A DNA stretch of 64,000 bases from an uncultured virus (IMG/VR IMGVR_UViG_3300032295_002297) (IMGVR_UViG_3300032295_002297); one strand, 5' to 3'. Positions 31,419 through 41,923 are shown, numbered from the stretch's first letter. The notes: generated by a model from the letters alone, not told the origin. Made by a program: numbers and translations.

Positions 31419-32861
31419 ATGATAGAAGAAATAGAACATAAAAAAACACCAACCTACGATGATGGTATAGCTGAAAATCCTATATTTTCAAAAATGAAAG
31501 AGGATTTAAATTCAGTTGGTTGTGGATTTTGTTTGGCTAAATGGACACAAGTTACTATGCACCTACAAATAGGTCATACTCACTCATGCCATCACCCCGG
31601 CACCCACAAAATACCATTAAGTGAATTGAGTAGAAACCCAACGGCTCTTCATAATACGAGATATAAGAAATCTTTAAGAAGAGAAATGCTAGAAGGTAAA
31701 AGACCTAAAGAGTGTGGGTATTGTTGGAATGTGGAAGATAACTCAGATAGATTTTCTGATAGAGTATTCAAATCATCGGAAAGTTGGTCATCGCCACATT
31801 TAGATGCTATTAAAACTTTAGATTGGAGACAGGATTACAATCCAAAATATGTTGAGGTATCATTCTCAAATGCTTGTAATTTTAAATGTTCTTATTGTGC
31901 ACCACAATTCTCAACTCGTTGGATGGAAGAAATAGATGAGTTTGGTGCATATCCAACATCAGATAGATTTAATGATAAACTTCATATGTTGAATGAAGGT
32001 AAGATGCCTATTCCTATGAAAGATCATAATCCTTATGTAGAAGCATTTTGGACATGGTGGCCTGAATTATATAGAGATTTACATACATTTAGAATCACCG
32101 GCGGTGAACCATTGATGCACAAAGATACTTGGGATGTATTTGATTACATATTAGCACAAGAAAATCCAAATAAAAATCTTAAATTGGCTATCAATTCAAA
32201 CTTAGGTGTGCCTGATAAATTGATTGATAAGTTTATTGAGAAGATAAAGCAAATTGAGGAAGAAGATAGAGTGCATGAATTCATTATATTCACTTCATGC
32301 GATAGTTGGGGTGAGCAAGCTGAATATATTAGACATGGCTTAGAATTCAATAAATTTTGGGATAATATCAATAAGATACTTACTCAATGTAAGAGGGTTA
32401 ACCTAACATTTATGACAACCTATAACGCTTTATCAGTTCCAAACTTTGATAAGTTGATACATGGTGTTTATGATTTAAAAAGAGAGTATGCATCGCCTGA
32501 TAGATATTGGAATTCGGCAGTATTTTTGGATTCATCATATTTAAGATTCCCACATCATCAGACTGTTCAGGTGTTACCAATGGAGTTTGCAAATAATGTA
32601 TATAGAAACACTCAATTAGTTGAATACTATGCAACACCATCATTTGATAGAAGATTGATTGGTTATTCCGATATTGAAGTTCAAAAGATTAAAAGAATAT
32701 ATGATTGGATGTTATCAGATAAAGATCCTGCGGTTGTTGAAAAACAAAGAAAAGATTTCTATAAGTTCTTTAGTGAGCATGATAGAAGAAGAGGAACTGA
32801 TTTCAAAAAAGTGTATCCTGAATTAGCAGATTTTTATGAAAATTGTAAAGCGTTATGTTAA
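31419..32861 (+). CDS. Radical SAM protein with N-terminal twitch-like domain
   Basis: CNFKCSYC and ITGGEP. N-terminal CLAKW...HSCHH...CGYC. Confidence 0.85.
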   Translation: MIEEIEHKKTPTYDDGIAENPIFSKMKEDLNSVGCGFCLAKWTQVTMHLQIGHTHSCHHPGTHKIPLSELSRNPTALHNTRYKKSLRREMLEGKRPKECGYCWNVEDNSDRFSDRVFKSSESWSSPHLDAIKTLDWRQDYNPKYVEVSFSNACNFKCSYCAPQFSTRWMEEIDEFGAYPTSDRFNDKLHMLNEGKMPIPMKDHNPYVEAFWTWWPELYRDLHTFRITGGEPLMHKDTWDVFDYILAQENPNKNLKLAINSNLGVPDKLIDKFIEKIKQIEEEDRVHEFIIFTSCDSWGEQAEYIRHGLEFNKFWDNINKILTQCKRVNLTFMTTYNALSVPNFDKLIHGVYDLKREYASPDRYWNSAVFLDSSYLRFPHHQTVQVLPMEFANNVYRNTQLVEYYATPSFDRRLIGYSDIEVQKIKRIYDWMLSDKDPAVVEKQRKDFYKFFSEHDRRRGTDFKKVYPELADFYENCKALC

Positions 32862-33640
32862 AAGTTAAAGAAAAAGAGCCGTATATAATTCTACCAAAAC
32901 AAAGGTATAATTTATCAACATACGAACCACATTCGGTAATGAATGGTGATTTTACTTTGTTTGTGGATTTCCAATTGGATTCAAAAGCTTATGATGCCGA
33001 ATATGCAATTATAGCAAGACCCGGAATGCACATGGGTATTATGATAAAGAAAATAAAACCTGATTATTCTCTATTGTGTTGGGATTATTGGACTGTTGGA
33101 ATTGATGGGCAATATAAATGGAATTCAATTCACATAGAATTATTTGCAAATCAAAATATCACACCAAATGATAGATATTTTGTGTTTATACAACATACAG
33201 TTGGTGAAAGGCACTTTAAGGTTCATATCAATTCGGCTAAATTTAAAGAACCAATTATATTAGAACAAAAATATGAAGGTAAATTAGTAGATTACTCAGA
33301 AACACCTTATAATATAGGATGTGGTAACTATAGTAAAGTAGTTCCAAAGAGAGATAGGTTATTTACGGCTTGCACAATTTATAAATTGGGTTTAATTGGA
33401 ACTAATGATTACACCTATGAACAAATTATAAAGTTTTTAGATGTAACTAAAGATGATGTAACTAACTTAAGTAAAACTCTTTTTGATATTGTATTTTATT
33501 TTAACTTTAATCTAACAAACATATATAAGATATGGGATTTATCCGGTCATTGTAACTTTATGCAAAAAAATCTATATATTGAAGATGAGGAAACTTATTT
33601 AACTGATGATGATTTCTACGAAGATTATGCAAACAAATAA
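32855..33640 (+). CDS. Stand-alone LamG/ConA-like protein
   Basis: FTLFVDF, IIARPG, YNIGCG and WDLSGHCN parallel the GT7 inserts (FYLGCA, IDLSGRGN). Confidence 0.5.
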   Translation: MLKVKEKEPYIILPKQRYNLSTYEPHSVMNGDFTLFVDFQLDSKAYDAEYAIIARPGMHMGIMIKKIKPDYSLLCWDYWTVGIDGQYKWNSIHIELFANQNITPNDRYFVFIQHTVGERHFKVHINSAKFKEPIILEQKYEGKLVDYSETPYNIGCGNYSKVVPKRDRLFTACTIYKLGLIGTNDYTYEQIIKFLDVTKDDVTNLSKTLFDIVFYFNFNLTNIYKIWDLSGHCNFMQKNLYIEDEETYLTDDDFYEDYANK

Positions 33641-35006
33641 AAAAATAAATTACATTTATGAATTTAAAACACCAAATGGTTATTTTCCAATTGGTGCGGA
33701 ATATCGTTCATTACCTATTTTATTTGATTATATAAATGAATTGGAATATCAGCATGGAACAATTGCACATAGAATGGGATATTCTGATAGATTTAAAATT
33801 CTAAATGAATGTGCATCCACATACGATGTGTTAACATTGGGTGATGTTGGCATTCCTATAAAAATGTTATCAGAATTAACCGATGATGAAATTAATAATG
33901 ATATAAATTTATATTGTATAGATACAAGTCATGATGAAACTATATTAGATTACATAATTAGAACTGACTTAACAAATGTATTATCACAAAAAAGTAAAAA
34001 GTTATTCAGCGAAAGGCAAAACTTTAAACTTATGGTTTTGGATAATAAGGAAGGTTCTTATTATTTTGATTCCGAATTCTTTGAAAGTTTCCAACGATTC
34101 CATAAAGAATTGGGTTTAAAATCGGATAATCAAATAGTATTTGTTACAAATACTTGCAATGTGCAAGATATGTATGATGAGTTTTTGGTAAAAACAAATT
34201 CAAAATCATTTATGAAAGTTAAAGGTGTTCAGTTTTTAATATATGACCCTGGCCAAACTGTAATGGATTATTTTCATCAAACAAATAATACATCCGATAT
34301 AATTGTAGATAAAAATATAGAATATTCAGTTCCAACTGATTCGGAAATAATTGATTTAAAACGAAACAAATATTATTTATTTTTAAATAGAAATAGTGGT
34401 AGATTGCATAGAGTTAAATTACTTTTACAATTTATAAAAAATAATCTATTTGATAAAAGTATAACATCTTTATTACATTCGGATGAATTTGATAGATTTG
34501 CAGATGAAATTGGTAATGAAGAATATAGAGATTTAATTAAATCAAAATATCCATTTGTTGCGGATTATGAAGATCCATATTTAGTTTCCGATATGCACAA
34601 TTTCTTTACAAAAAAAGAAATGTGGATGGACACTTATTTTTCAGTAGTAAGTGAAACATCAGCAGATGATAGTTGGTGTTTTATAACTGAAAAGACAGTA
34701 AGGCCTATGATATATTTTCATCCGTTTATAGTGTGGGGTAACCCGGGCACATTGCAGGTGTTAAGAGAACTTGGATTTGAAACATTTCCTGAATTCTTTG
34801 ATGAAAGATACGATAATGTTAAAAATGCAGATATTCGAATGAAAATGATATTAAATAATGTAAAAAGACTTTGCGAATTACCTATTGAAGAAATTCATAG
34901 TTTGTATCAAAGTGTTATACCAAAATTAATTCATAATAGAAACCTTTTAATAAAAATGGATGAACGCAAAGAAGTCCATCAGAAAGTATTAGAAACATTA
35001 TTTTAA
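33627..35006 (+). CDS. Putative glycosyltransferase, GT10-like 'ET...TEK' family (paralog 1 of 4)
   Basis: FLNR..RLHR and FSVVSETS...FITEKTVRPM...PFIVWG..GTLQVLRELGFETF...DERYD. Start chosen at ATG 33627 (track gives 33606). Confidence 0.5.
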   Translation: MQTNKKINYIYEFKTPNGYFPIGAEYRSLPILFDYINELEYQHGTIAHRMGYSDRFKILNECASTYDVLTLGDVGIPIKMLSELTDDEINNDINLYCIDTSHDETILDYIIRTDLTNVLSQKSKKLFSERQNFKLMVLDNKEGSYYFDSEFFESFQRFHKELGLKSDNQIVFVTNTCNVQDMYDEFLVKTNSKSFMKVKGVQFLIYDPGQTVMDYFHQTNNTSDIIVDKNIEYSVPTDSEIIDLKRNKYYLFLNRNSGRLHRVKLLLQFIKNNLFDKSITSLLHSDEFDRFADEIGNEEYRDLIKSKYPFVADYEDPYLVSDMHNFFTKKEMWMDTYFSVVSETSADDSWCFITEKTVRPMIYFHPFIVWGNPGTLQVLRELGFETFPEFFDERYDNVKNADIRMKMILNNVKRLCELPIEEIHSLYQSVIPKLIHNRNLLIKMDERKEVHQKVLETLF

Positions 35007-35007
35007 A

Positions 35008-36447
35008 ATGACAGAAATAAATTTATTATATGATTATCTAACTCCATCTGGGTATCTTCCAAATGCGTTAAATCCCCATTTTCTACAAACTTTAATCGAA
35101 AATGATTTTAGATTTGATCATATTACATTAAATGAATATGAAAAAAAGTATGGAGCTATTTCAGTTTGGCATGGTGAACAGGTAATTGAACCGATTGTAA
35201 AAAATACATTTACTGTTTCGGATATGTTTGATGGATTTGATTGCTCCCCAAATTATAGACCAAACCCAGAATCATTTTATCTATACAATGTAACACCATT
35301 TGGTGGTGCAAGTGCAACTTATGGATATGATTTTACATATAATGAAAAGAAATCATTCTTTCATTTTATATCAAATAATGCTAAGAGTTTAATAAGAGAA
35401 GTTCCAAATGTTTATCTTTTTGTAAATTACTCAAATGAAGGAACGATTGATTTTAATTGGTGGAAAGTAATACACGAAGATGCCAAACAATTTAACATAC
35501 CTTTAAATAAAATTATATTTTGTAGTTCTGATTATTATACTAATATGAATTATGAAATATTTAAAAAGTTGGAAAATATACCGGATGAGGATAATATCAA
35601 ATTATTATATTTGGCATGGTCTTTACATGCAAAGGCCAAAGAAATGTTAGAAATACATAATGGAAAACATACCGAATTTAATAATTACTCAAATAAATGC
35701 TCAGTAGTAAATTATTATGATGTTGATTTAGATAAGATACGAAATAAAAAATTCTTAATGTTGAATAGAAGGTTAAGACCTCATAGGATATATTCAACTT
35801 GTCTATTTAACAAATTAAATATATTAGATCAATTTTTAATTTCATACGATGTAACATCTATGCAATTGTTTGAAATGGATGGTGAAAACATTAGTATGCA
35901 TATTGAAGATGCCGAATATGCAAAAGTTTTATCTGATGAATTTGCACGATTGAAAAATGAAAGTCCTAAACGAACAATTGATTTTGAAGATTTAGAAAAC
36001 GTATGGGGTTTTAATTTTGAAAATAAAGAACCATATTTGGATTCATATATACACATAACATCGGAAACTAATTTCTTTGAAATAGGAGGTTATTTTTCCG
36101 AAAAGACTTGGAAACCAATGGGTCATTTACAACCATTTATTTTTATGGGACCTGCTAATGCTTTAAAGGAATTAAAAAAATTAGGATTTAGAACATTTGC
36201 ACCATTTATAGATGAATCTTATGATAATGAATTAGACCCTGAACTTCGTTTTAAAATGATAATGGCTGAAATAGAAAGATTATCAAAAATGGATATTAAC
36301 GAAATTCATAATTGGTATAAAACAATTTTTAACTCAATTTTATTACATAACCAAAACGTTCTTTTCAGTAATGCAGATTATATGTTAAATGCAGGAAATG
36401 TTAAAGAACAATTTAAAAAACTATTTTATGATAATACCACACTCTAA
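35008..36447 (+). CDS. Putative glycosyltransferase, GT10-like family (paralog 2)
   Basis: LNRRLRPHR and IHITSETN...FSEKTWKPM...PFIFMG...LGFRTF..FIDESYD. Confidence 0.5.
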   Translation: MTEINLLYDYLTPSGYLPNALNPHFLQTLIENDFRFDHITLNEYEKKYGAISVWHGEQVIEPIVKNTFTVSDMFDGFDCSPNYRPNPESFYLYNVTPFGGASATYGYDFTYNEKKSFFHFISNNAKSLIREVPNVYLFVNYSNEGTIDFNWWKVIHEDAKQFNIPLNKIIFCSSDYYTNMNYEIFKKLENIPDEDNIKLLYLAWSLHAKAKEMLEIHNGKHTEFNNYSNKCSVVNYYDVDLDKIRNKKFLMLNRRLRPHRIYSTCLFNKLNILDQFLISYDVTSMQLFEMDGENISMHIEDAEYAKVLSDEFARLKNESPKRTIDFEDLENVWGFNFENKEPYLDSYIHITSETNFFEIGGYFSEKTWKPMGHLQPFIFMGPANALKELKKLGFRTFAPFIDESYDNELDPELRFKMIMAEIERLSKMDINEIHNWYKTIFNSILLHNQNVLFSNADYMLNAGNVKEQFKKLFYDNTTL

Positions 36448-37456
36448 TAATGAATGGGGTGATTTAAAAGAAATCATCGTAGGTACGGTAGATGGTGCAC
36501 AAATACCAACTGTAAAAGATAAAGCCTTACATTGTATAGATTATGCCCATCTTACTGATGAAGAATTCCAAAATATCCCAACAGGACCATATCCACAAAA
36601 GGTTATGGAAGAAACATATGAAGATTTGGAAAATATATGTAGTAAATTAAAAGAATTGGGCGTAAAAGTTCATAGACCTTTAAAAAGAGATTTTTCTGAA
36701 AAAAAAGGTAATGATTTATGGCAAGTAGATGGTTATTATAACTATTGTCCGCGTGATAGTATGTTGGTAGTGGGTGATAAAGTTATCGCAACACCAATGA
36801 CATTAAGACATAGACAATTTGAATCAGAAACCTGTAAACCACTAATACATCCCGACTATTGGATTGATTTTCCAAAACCAAACTTAGGTGATGAGATGTA
36901 TAGTAGAGAAGATTTGGGTAGACCTACTTTAATGGATGGGCCTGATGCAGTATTTGATGCAGCAAATGTGTTAAGAGCAAATAATGATATTATTTATTTA
37001 GTTTCTAATACGGGTAATTTAGCAGGAGCTGATTATTTAGAAAGTTACCTAAAAGAAAATATATCACAAGATTATAATGTTCATAGAGTTCAAAATGTAT
37101 ATGCATACATTCATATAGATACTACATTTGTATTATTAAGAGAAGGATTAGTATTATTGAACCCATCAAGAGTTAATGATAGTAATATACCTGAAATATT
37201 TAGAAATTGGGATAGAATTTGGGCACCCGAACCATACCCAACACAAGTAATGGAAGATTGGTGTCCTGCTTCACCTTGGTTGGGCATGAATATACTTTCT
37301 ATCAATGAAAAATTGGTTATGGTTGAAGAGCATCAGATATTATTGATGAAAGAATTAAAAAAATGGGGAGTTGAATCAATTCCTGTTAGAATGAGACATA
37401 GTAGAACATTTAGTGGTGGACCTCATTGCATTACAACTGATATAGTAAGAGCATGA
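36428..37456 (+). CDS. Amidinotransferase (glycine / inosamine-phosphate amidinotransferase family)
   Basis: SNNEWGDLKEIIVG, YNYCPRD, FDAAN, HIDTT and GGPHCITTD carry the Cys-His-Asp catalytic set. Start chosen at ATG 36428. Confidence 0.9.
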   Translation: MIIPHSNNEWGDLKEIIVGTVDGAQIPTVKDKALHCIDYAHLTDEEFQNIPTGPYPQKVMEETYEDLENICSKLKELGVKVHRPLKRDFSEKKGNDLWQVDGYYNYCPRDSMLVVGDKVIATPMTLRHRQFESETCKPLIHPDYWIDFPKPNLGDEMYSREDLGRPTLMDGPDAVFDAANVLRANNDIIYLVSNTGNLAGADYLESYLKENISQDYNVHRVQNVYAYIHIDTTFVLLREGLVLLNPSRVNDSNIPEIFRNWDRIWAPEPYPTQVMEDWCPASPWLGMNILSINEKLVMVEEHQILLMKELKKWGVESIPVRMRHSRTFSGGPHCITTDIVRA

Positions 37457-38181
37457 TAGTATTTTTAGGCGATAGTTTTACTTGGGGGCAAGGATTACAA
37501 TACATATATCTAACCGAACGGAAGGGTTGGACATGGGAAGAGTGCTCTAAGATAGTTCCGCCTAATTTAAATTTAGAATGGTTAGGATTTGATGAAGATG
37601 AATATAGAAAGAAAAATGCGTTCCCATATTTGGTAGCAAACAATTTCAACCTACCATTTCAGGTTACTAGGTTTGAAAATGGTGGTGATAATGTAACAAC
37701 ACTACAATCATTACAAAACATGATGTCGTTTTGCACACCAAATAATATATTTTGTTTTGTAATACAATTTAGTGATGCTAGCAGAAGTTTACCAAATGAA
37801 TATAATCCATTAGAAGGAACAATTGAAAAGCAAATAGAAAGTCAGGTAATTAGAATAGATAATCAATGTAAACTATTAGATGTTCCTTGGGTAGGTATAT
37901 CTTGGCAGCCTGAAATCGGTGATATTCTAAAAGAAAAATACCCAAATAATTATATTCCAATATTTTACAATGAAAAAGAATATACCAACTTTTCCACACG
38001 CCATGAGGGATTGGCTGAATTATTTTTAACCTATAATTACCCAATTAATGATGAACATTTTAATCTATATGGGCATAGAGTTATTGCAAATTCTATAATA
38101 AGTAAAATATCAACAAGAACTGATTTAATGAGTAAATTAAATTATTATAAAACCGAAATAGAAAATAAAAAAATGTTATGA
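37453..38181 (+). CDS. SGNH/GDSL-like hydrolase or acyltransferase (1 of 9)
   Basis: FLGDSFTWG block I and DEHFNLYGH block V. Confidence 0.7.
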   Translation: MIVFLGDSFTWGQGLQYIYLTERKGWTWEECSKIVPPNLNLEWLGFDEDEYRKKNAFPYLVANNFNLPFQVTRFENGGDNVTTLQSLQNMMSFCTPNNIFCFVIQFSDASRSLPNEYNPLEGTIEKQIESQVIRIDNQCKLLDVPWVGISWQPEIGDILKEKYPNNYIPIFYNEKEYTNFSTRHEGLAELFLTYNYPINDEHFNLYGHRVIANSIISKISTRTDLMSKLNYYKTEIENKKML

Positions 38182-38960
38182 TAGTATTTTTAGGCGATAG
38201 TTTTACTTGGGGACAGGGATTGTTCTTTGAGAAATGGGCATCTGAAGGTAAAGATGTTAAAAAATGGTTTGATGAGAATGGTGATGTGGATGAATACCCA
38301 CATGAAAGTATTGATTATGAATCAGATAAATATAGAAGAGAAAATCACTTTCCTGCTATAGTTGCGAAGCATTTTAACAAAACATATACCACTCGTTGGG
38401 GGAATGGTGGTAGTAATTGGGATATTATAAACATATTGAACAATGTTCCATCACTGGCACCTCAATATAGAAATACTATTGACCTATTTGTTATTCAATT
38501 TACCGATTTTACAAGAACTGACCATAGATTAATAAAAGAATCTGATTTAATAAATGAATTACCATTTGAAAGGAGTAAATTTCCGTTAGAAACTAACTAT
38601 GATGATAATGCTATCATAGATGAGTTACTAAATAATGAATTAAAACTTCAAATTGAGATGATTAATGATATAATTGTCAACAAAATGGGTAAAAAATGGA
38701 TTGGTATCTCTTGGTTAGATGATATGGGTAAGATATTAGAAAAAGATTATTCAGAAAACCACATACCCGTTGAATATAATGGTAAAAAATACAATTCATT
38801 TCAAGTAGTATATCAGGAAAAGAATAAAAACTTACTATTTTTAACTGAAAAATTCAATATCAGAGATGACCACTTTAATTTAGAAGGGCATAGGTTTGTA
38901 GCCAACAATATAATCCAAAAAATTGAGGAAAATCATCTTCAAAAAGTATCTTTAATTTAA
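38178..38960 (+). CDS. SGNH/GDSL-like protein (2 of 9), tandem paralog of the previous gene
   Basis: Identical N-terminus MIVFLGDSFTWGQGL and DDHFNLEGH. Confidence 0.7.
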   Translation: MIVFLGDSFTWGQGLFFEKWASEGKDVKKWFDENGDVDEYPHESIDYESDKYRRENHFPAIVAKHFNKTYTTRWGNGGSNWDIINILNNVPSLAPQYRNTIDLFVIQFTDFTRTDHRLIKESDLINELPFERSKFPLETNYDDNAIIDELLNNELKLQIEMINDIIVNKMGKKWIGISWLDDMGKILEKDYSENHIPVEYNGKKYNSFQVVYQEKNKNLLFLTEKFNIRDDHFNLEGHRFVANNIIQKIEENHLQKVSLI

Positions 38961-38968
38961 ATATGTAT

Positions 38969-38977
38969 ATATTTATA
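38969..38977 (+). promoter_or_regulatory. Putative late promoter ATATTTATA
   Basis: Exact motif upstream of ATG 39000. Confidence 0.55.
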
Positions 38978-38999
38978 TATACAAACAAAATGAAACGTT

Positions 39000-39779
39000 A
39001 TGATAGCAAAATTTAAACACCTTACAAACGAAGAAGTCCAACAAATTACCTTTGATTGGAGATATAGAGGGTTTACAACCTTAGATTTACTTACCGAAGA
39101 TGAATGCGATGAAATAAACGCAGAATTGGATAGATTACGTTTAGAAAGAAACGCAGCAGAGCCTGAAAAATGGCAAGAGTATGAACCAATCATGTATCCA
39201 CACAAAAATTCGGAAAAATTAGAAAAATTATACGCTCATCCAAAATTAATAGAAGCAATGGAGTTTCTAATGGAGGGTGAAGTAGTTGGATTGCAAACTT
39301 GGGCATATTACAAACCAAAAGGTGAATTGGGTAGAGATATGCATCAGAACGCATTCTATACGGGATGTGGACACAATGAAATTATCAATACTGCATTAGC
39401 ATTGGATAACCACGACCCTGAAAATGGTTCGGTTTGGAATTATGAGGGTTCTCATAGATTGCCAGTTTTACCAATGGAAGATAATGAAGAAAGAAAAGCA
39501 ACAAATACGGGAAATTGGAGAAGTGAAAGAGGAATAAGTTGTGTAATGCCAGAAGGGCATGATTTTAAACAAATTCCAGGTGTATTGAAAAAAGGACAAG
39601 TTGCATTATTACACTCTCACGTTGTTCATGGTTCAGAACCAAATAAAGATACGAGTAGAATGAGAAGAAACTTTTTAGGAGGTTATTTGAAAAAAGGAGC
39701 ATACTTTAGACCAGGTAACCAAATGAAGAGAGAACCAATTGATATGTATGAATTAAGAGCTAAACATTGGGGAGAATAA
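39000..39779 (+). CDS. PhyH-family 2OG-Fe(II) dioxygenase (HxN variant)
   Basis: YYKP.G...HQNAFY, ALD..DPENG..W..GSHR, LLHSHVVHGSEPN...RRN. Confidence 0.8.
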   Translation: MIAKFKHLTNEEVQQITFDWRYRGFTTLDLLTEDECDEINAELDRLRLERNAAEPEKWQEYEPIMYPHKNSEKLEKLYAHPKLIEAMEFLMEGEVVGLQTWAYYKPKGELGRDMHQNAFYTGCGHNEIINTALALDNHDPENGSVWNYEGSHRLPVLPMEDNEERKATNTGNWRSERGISCVMPEGHDFKQIPGVLKKGQVALLHSHVVHGSEPNKDTSRMRRNFLGGYLKKGAYFRPGNQMKREPIDMYELRAKHWGE

Positions 39780-40750
39780 TGAAAGTATTAATCACAGGTG
39801 GTGCTGGTTATTTGGGCTCTGTTATAACCGAAACATTATTAAATAATGGTTATCATGTAACTTGCTTAGATAAACTTCTATTTAACCAAACATCTTTATT
39901 GCAACACACATCTAATCCAAATTTTAGATTTGTATATGGTGATGTTCGTAATGAAGTTGAACTGGAAAGATTATGTAATGAATCCGATGTAATTATACCA
40001 TTGGCTGCTATTGTAGGATTTCCTGCATGTGCAGCAGAACCACAACTTGCAAATGATATTAACTTTAAGCAAATATTTAATATCGTAAAGTTTACAGCAG
40101 GTAAGAATAAAAAGATTTTATATCCAAATACAAATAGTGGATATGGAATTGGTGTTGGACAAACGGAATGCACGGAAGAATCACCACTAAACCCAATATC
40201 AGTATATGGTAATACTAAATGTGCAGCTGAAAACTTTTTAAGAGATAATACGGATGCTATTGTTTTCAGATTAGCAACTGTATTTGGTGTATCACCTCGT
40301 ATGAGAACGGATTTGTTGGTAAATGATTTTACTTACAAAGCAATTACTGATAAATACATTGTAGTATTTGAGAAAAACTTTAAACGTAACTTTATTCATA
40401 TTAAAGATGTAGCAAGTGCATTTCTTTTTATGTTACAAAACTACGATAAATACAAAAATGAAGTATTCAATGTAGGTTTGAGTAATGCTAATCTTTCAAA
40501 GCAAGAATTGTTAGAAAAGATACAATCCCATGTAAAGGATTTTGCGGTATCATACAACGATTATTACGAAGATCCTGATAAGAGAGATTACATTGTATCA
40601 AACGCAAAAATAGAAGCAACTGGGTGGATGCCTGAGTGGGATTTGGATAGAGGTATTAAAGAACTTATTATGGCATATCAAATGATAGTTCCAAAAATGG
40701 GTTCTGAATTTAGAAATGGGTTTCCATTAGGATACGCAAATCAAACATAA
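39779..40750 (+). CDS. NAD-dependent sugar epimerase/dehydratase (extended SDR)
   Basis: ITGGAGYLGS, YGNTK (YxxxK), FRLATVFG. Start chosen at ATG 39779, overlapping the upstream TAA. Confidence 0.9.
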   Translation: MKVLITGGAGYLGSVITETLLNNGYHVTCLDKLLFNQTSLLQHTSNPNFRFVYGDVRNEVELERLCNESDVIIPLAAIVGFPACAAEPQLANDINFKQIFNIVKFTAGKNKKILYPNTNSGYGIGVGQTECTEESPLNPISVYGNTKCAAENFLRDNTDAIVFRLATVFGVSPRMRTDLLVNDFTYKAITDKYIVVFEKNFKRNFIHIKDVASAFLFMLQNYDKYKNEVFNVGLSNANLSKQELLEKIQSHVKDFAVSYNDYYEDPDKRDYIVSNAKIEATGWMPEWDLDRGIKELIMAYQMIVPKMGSEFRNGFPLGYANQT

Positions 40751-40751
40751 T

Positions 40752-41297
40752 ATGAGCAACAAATGGGATGAGTTTATAGAAACTCCATCAAAAGTATTTG
40801 GTTACGAAGTTCCAACTTTTACTCCATCAATTTATAGAGAGTATAGAGGTGAAATTTTTACAACATTTCATTCAGACGAGCATCCTGTAATGAGACATAT
40901 TCATTATGATAAATCTGAAATTAGTATTCATGGTAGATTTTCAAAATCATACAAAGGTGTATTAAGAGGATTGCATTATGATAATAAGACTTGGAAATTA
41001 GTTCAAGCAGCAGTTGGTGATATCTATTTAGTTGTATTAGATATGAGAAAAAATTCTCCAACATTCGGTGATTGGGAATCTTTTATGATAACTGAAAAAG
41101 ATAGAAACCAAGTATTAGTTCCACCGGGATTTGCGAACGGACACTACGCCCTAACTGATTGTATGTTTCATTATAACTTATTTTACAAAGATGGTTATGT
41201 TGATGCAGATGAGCAAGGTGTGGTAAAGTGGAATGATGCTGAATATCAAATGGAATGGCCAACAACAAATCCAATATTACAAAAAAGAGACAGATGA
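40752..41297 (+). CDS. rmlC: dTDP-4-dehydrorhamnose 3,5-epimerase family (cupin)
   Basis: YRGEI, GVLRGLHY, KLVQ...GDIYLVVLDMRKNSPTFGDW, VPPGFANGH. Confidence 0.85.
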   Translation: MSNKWDEFIETPSKVFGYEVPTFTPSIYREYRGEIFTTFHSDEHPVMRHIHYDKSEISIHGRFSKSYKGVLRGLHYDNKTWKLVQAAVGDIYLVVLDMRKNSPTFGDWESFMITEKDRNQVLVPPGFANGHYALTDCMFHYNLFYKDGYVDADEQGVVKWNDAEYQMEWPTTNPILQKRDR

Positions 41298-41923
41298 TAC
41301 AAAATTTAGAACAATATCCAATTGTAAGAGATATTGAACAAACTAAAGAAGGGTTAATTGAATTTGAAAACCTAATAGTAAAGCATTGGGAAGATGCTAA
41401 AATAAAAGGACCTGTTCATCTTTCAAACGGAAATGAAGAACACTTAATAGAAATATTCAAAAGAATCAAAAAAACTGATTGGGTATTTTCAACTTGGCGT
41501 TCACATTATCATGCATTATTAAAAGGAATTTCTCCAAATTGGATTGAAGAAGAAATTCTTAAAGGAAAATCTATTACATTATGTAGTGAATCTGATAAAT
41601 TCTACGCATCTGCTATTGTAGGTGGAACTTTACCTATTGCATTAGGAGTGGCTTATGCTATAAAGAAAGATGGTGGGGATGATAAGGTTTGGGTATTCGT
41701 TGGGGATATGAGTTTTGAAAGTGGTATATTTTATGAGGTTCATAAATATGCTAGGAACTTTGACCTACCATTATACTTTGTAGTTGAAGATAATGGTGTA
41801 TCAACATATACACCTACAGAAGAAACTTGGAAGGTTAAACGAGATATACCATCAGATGTAATACACTATAAATACCAATCTAAATACCCACATTATGGCA
41901 GTGGTAAATGGATAGTATTTTAA
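41294..41923 (+). CDS. TPP-dependent E1-alpha-like subunit (short)
   Basis: GPVHLSNGNE, STWRSHYHALLKG, AIVGG.LPIALG, VGDM...VEDNG TPP-binding motif. Start chosen at ATG 41294. Confidence 0.85.
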   Translation: MIQNLEQYPIVRDIEQTKEGLIEFENLIVKHWEDAKIKGPVHLSNGNEEHLIEIFKRIKKTDWVFSTWRSHYHALLKGISPNWIEEEILKGKSITLCSESDKFYASAIVGGTLPIALGVAYAIKKDGGDDKVWVFVGDMSFESGIFYEVHKYARNFDLPLYFVVEDNGVSTYTPTEETWKVKRDIPSDVIHYKYQSKYPHYGSGKWIVF

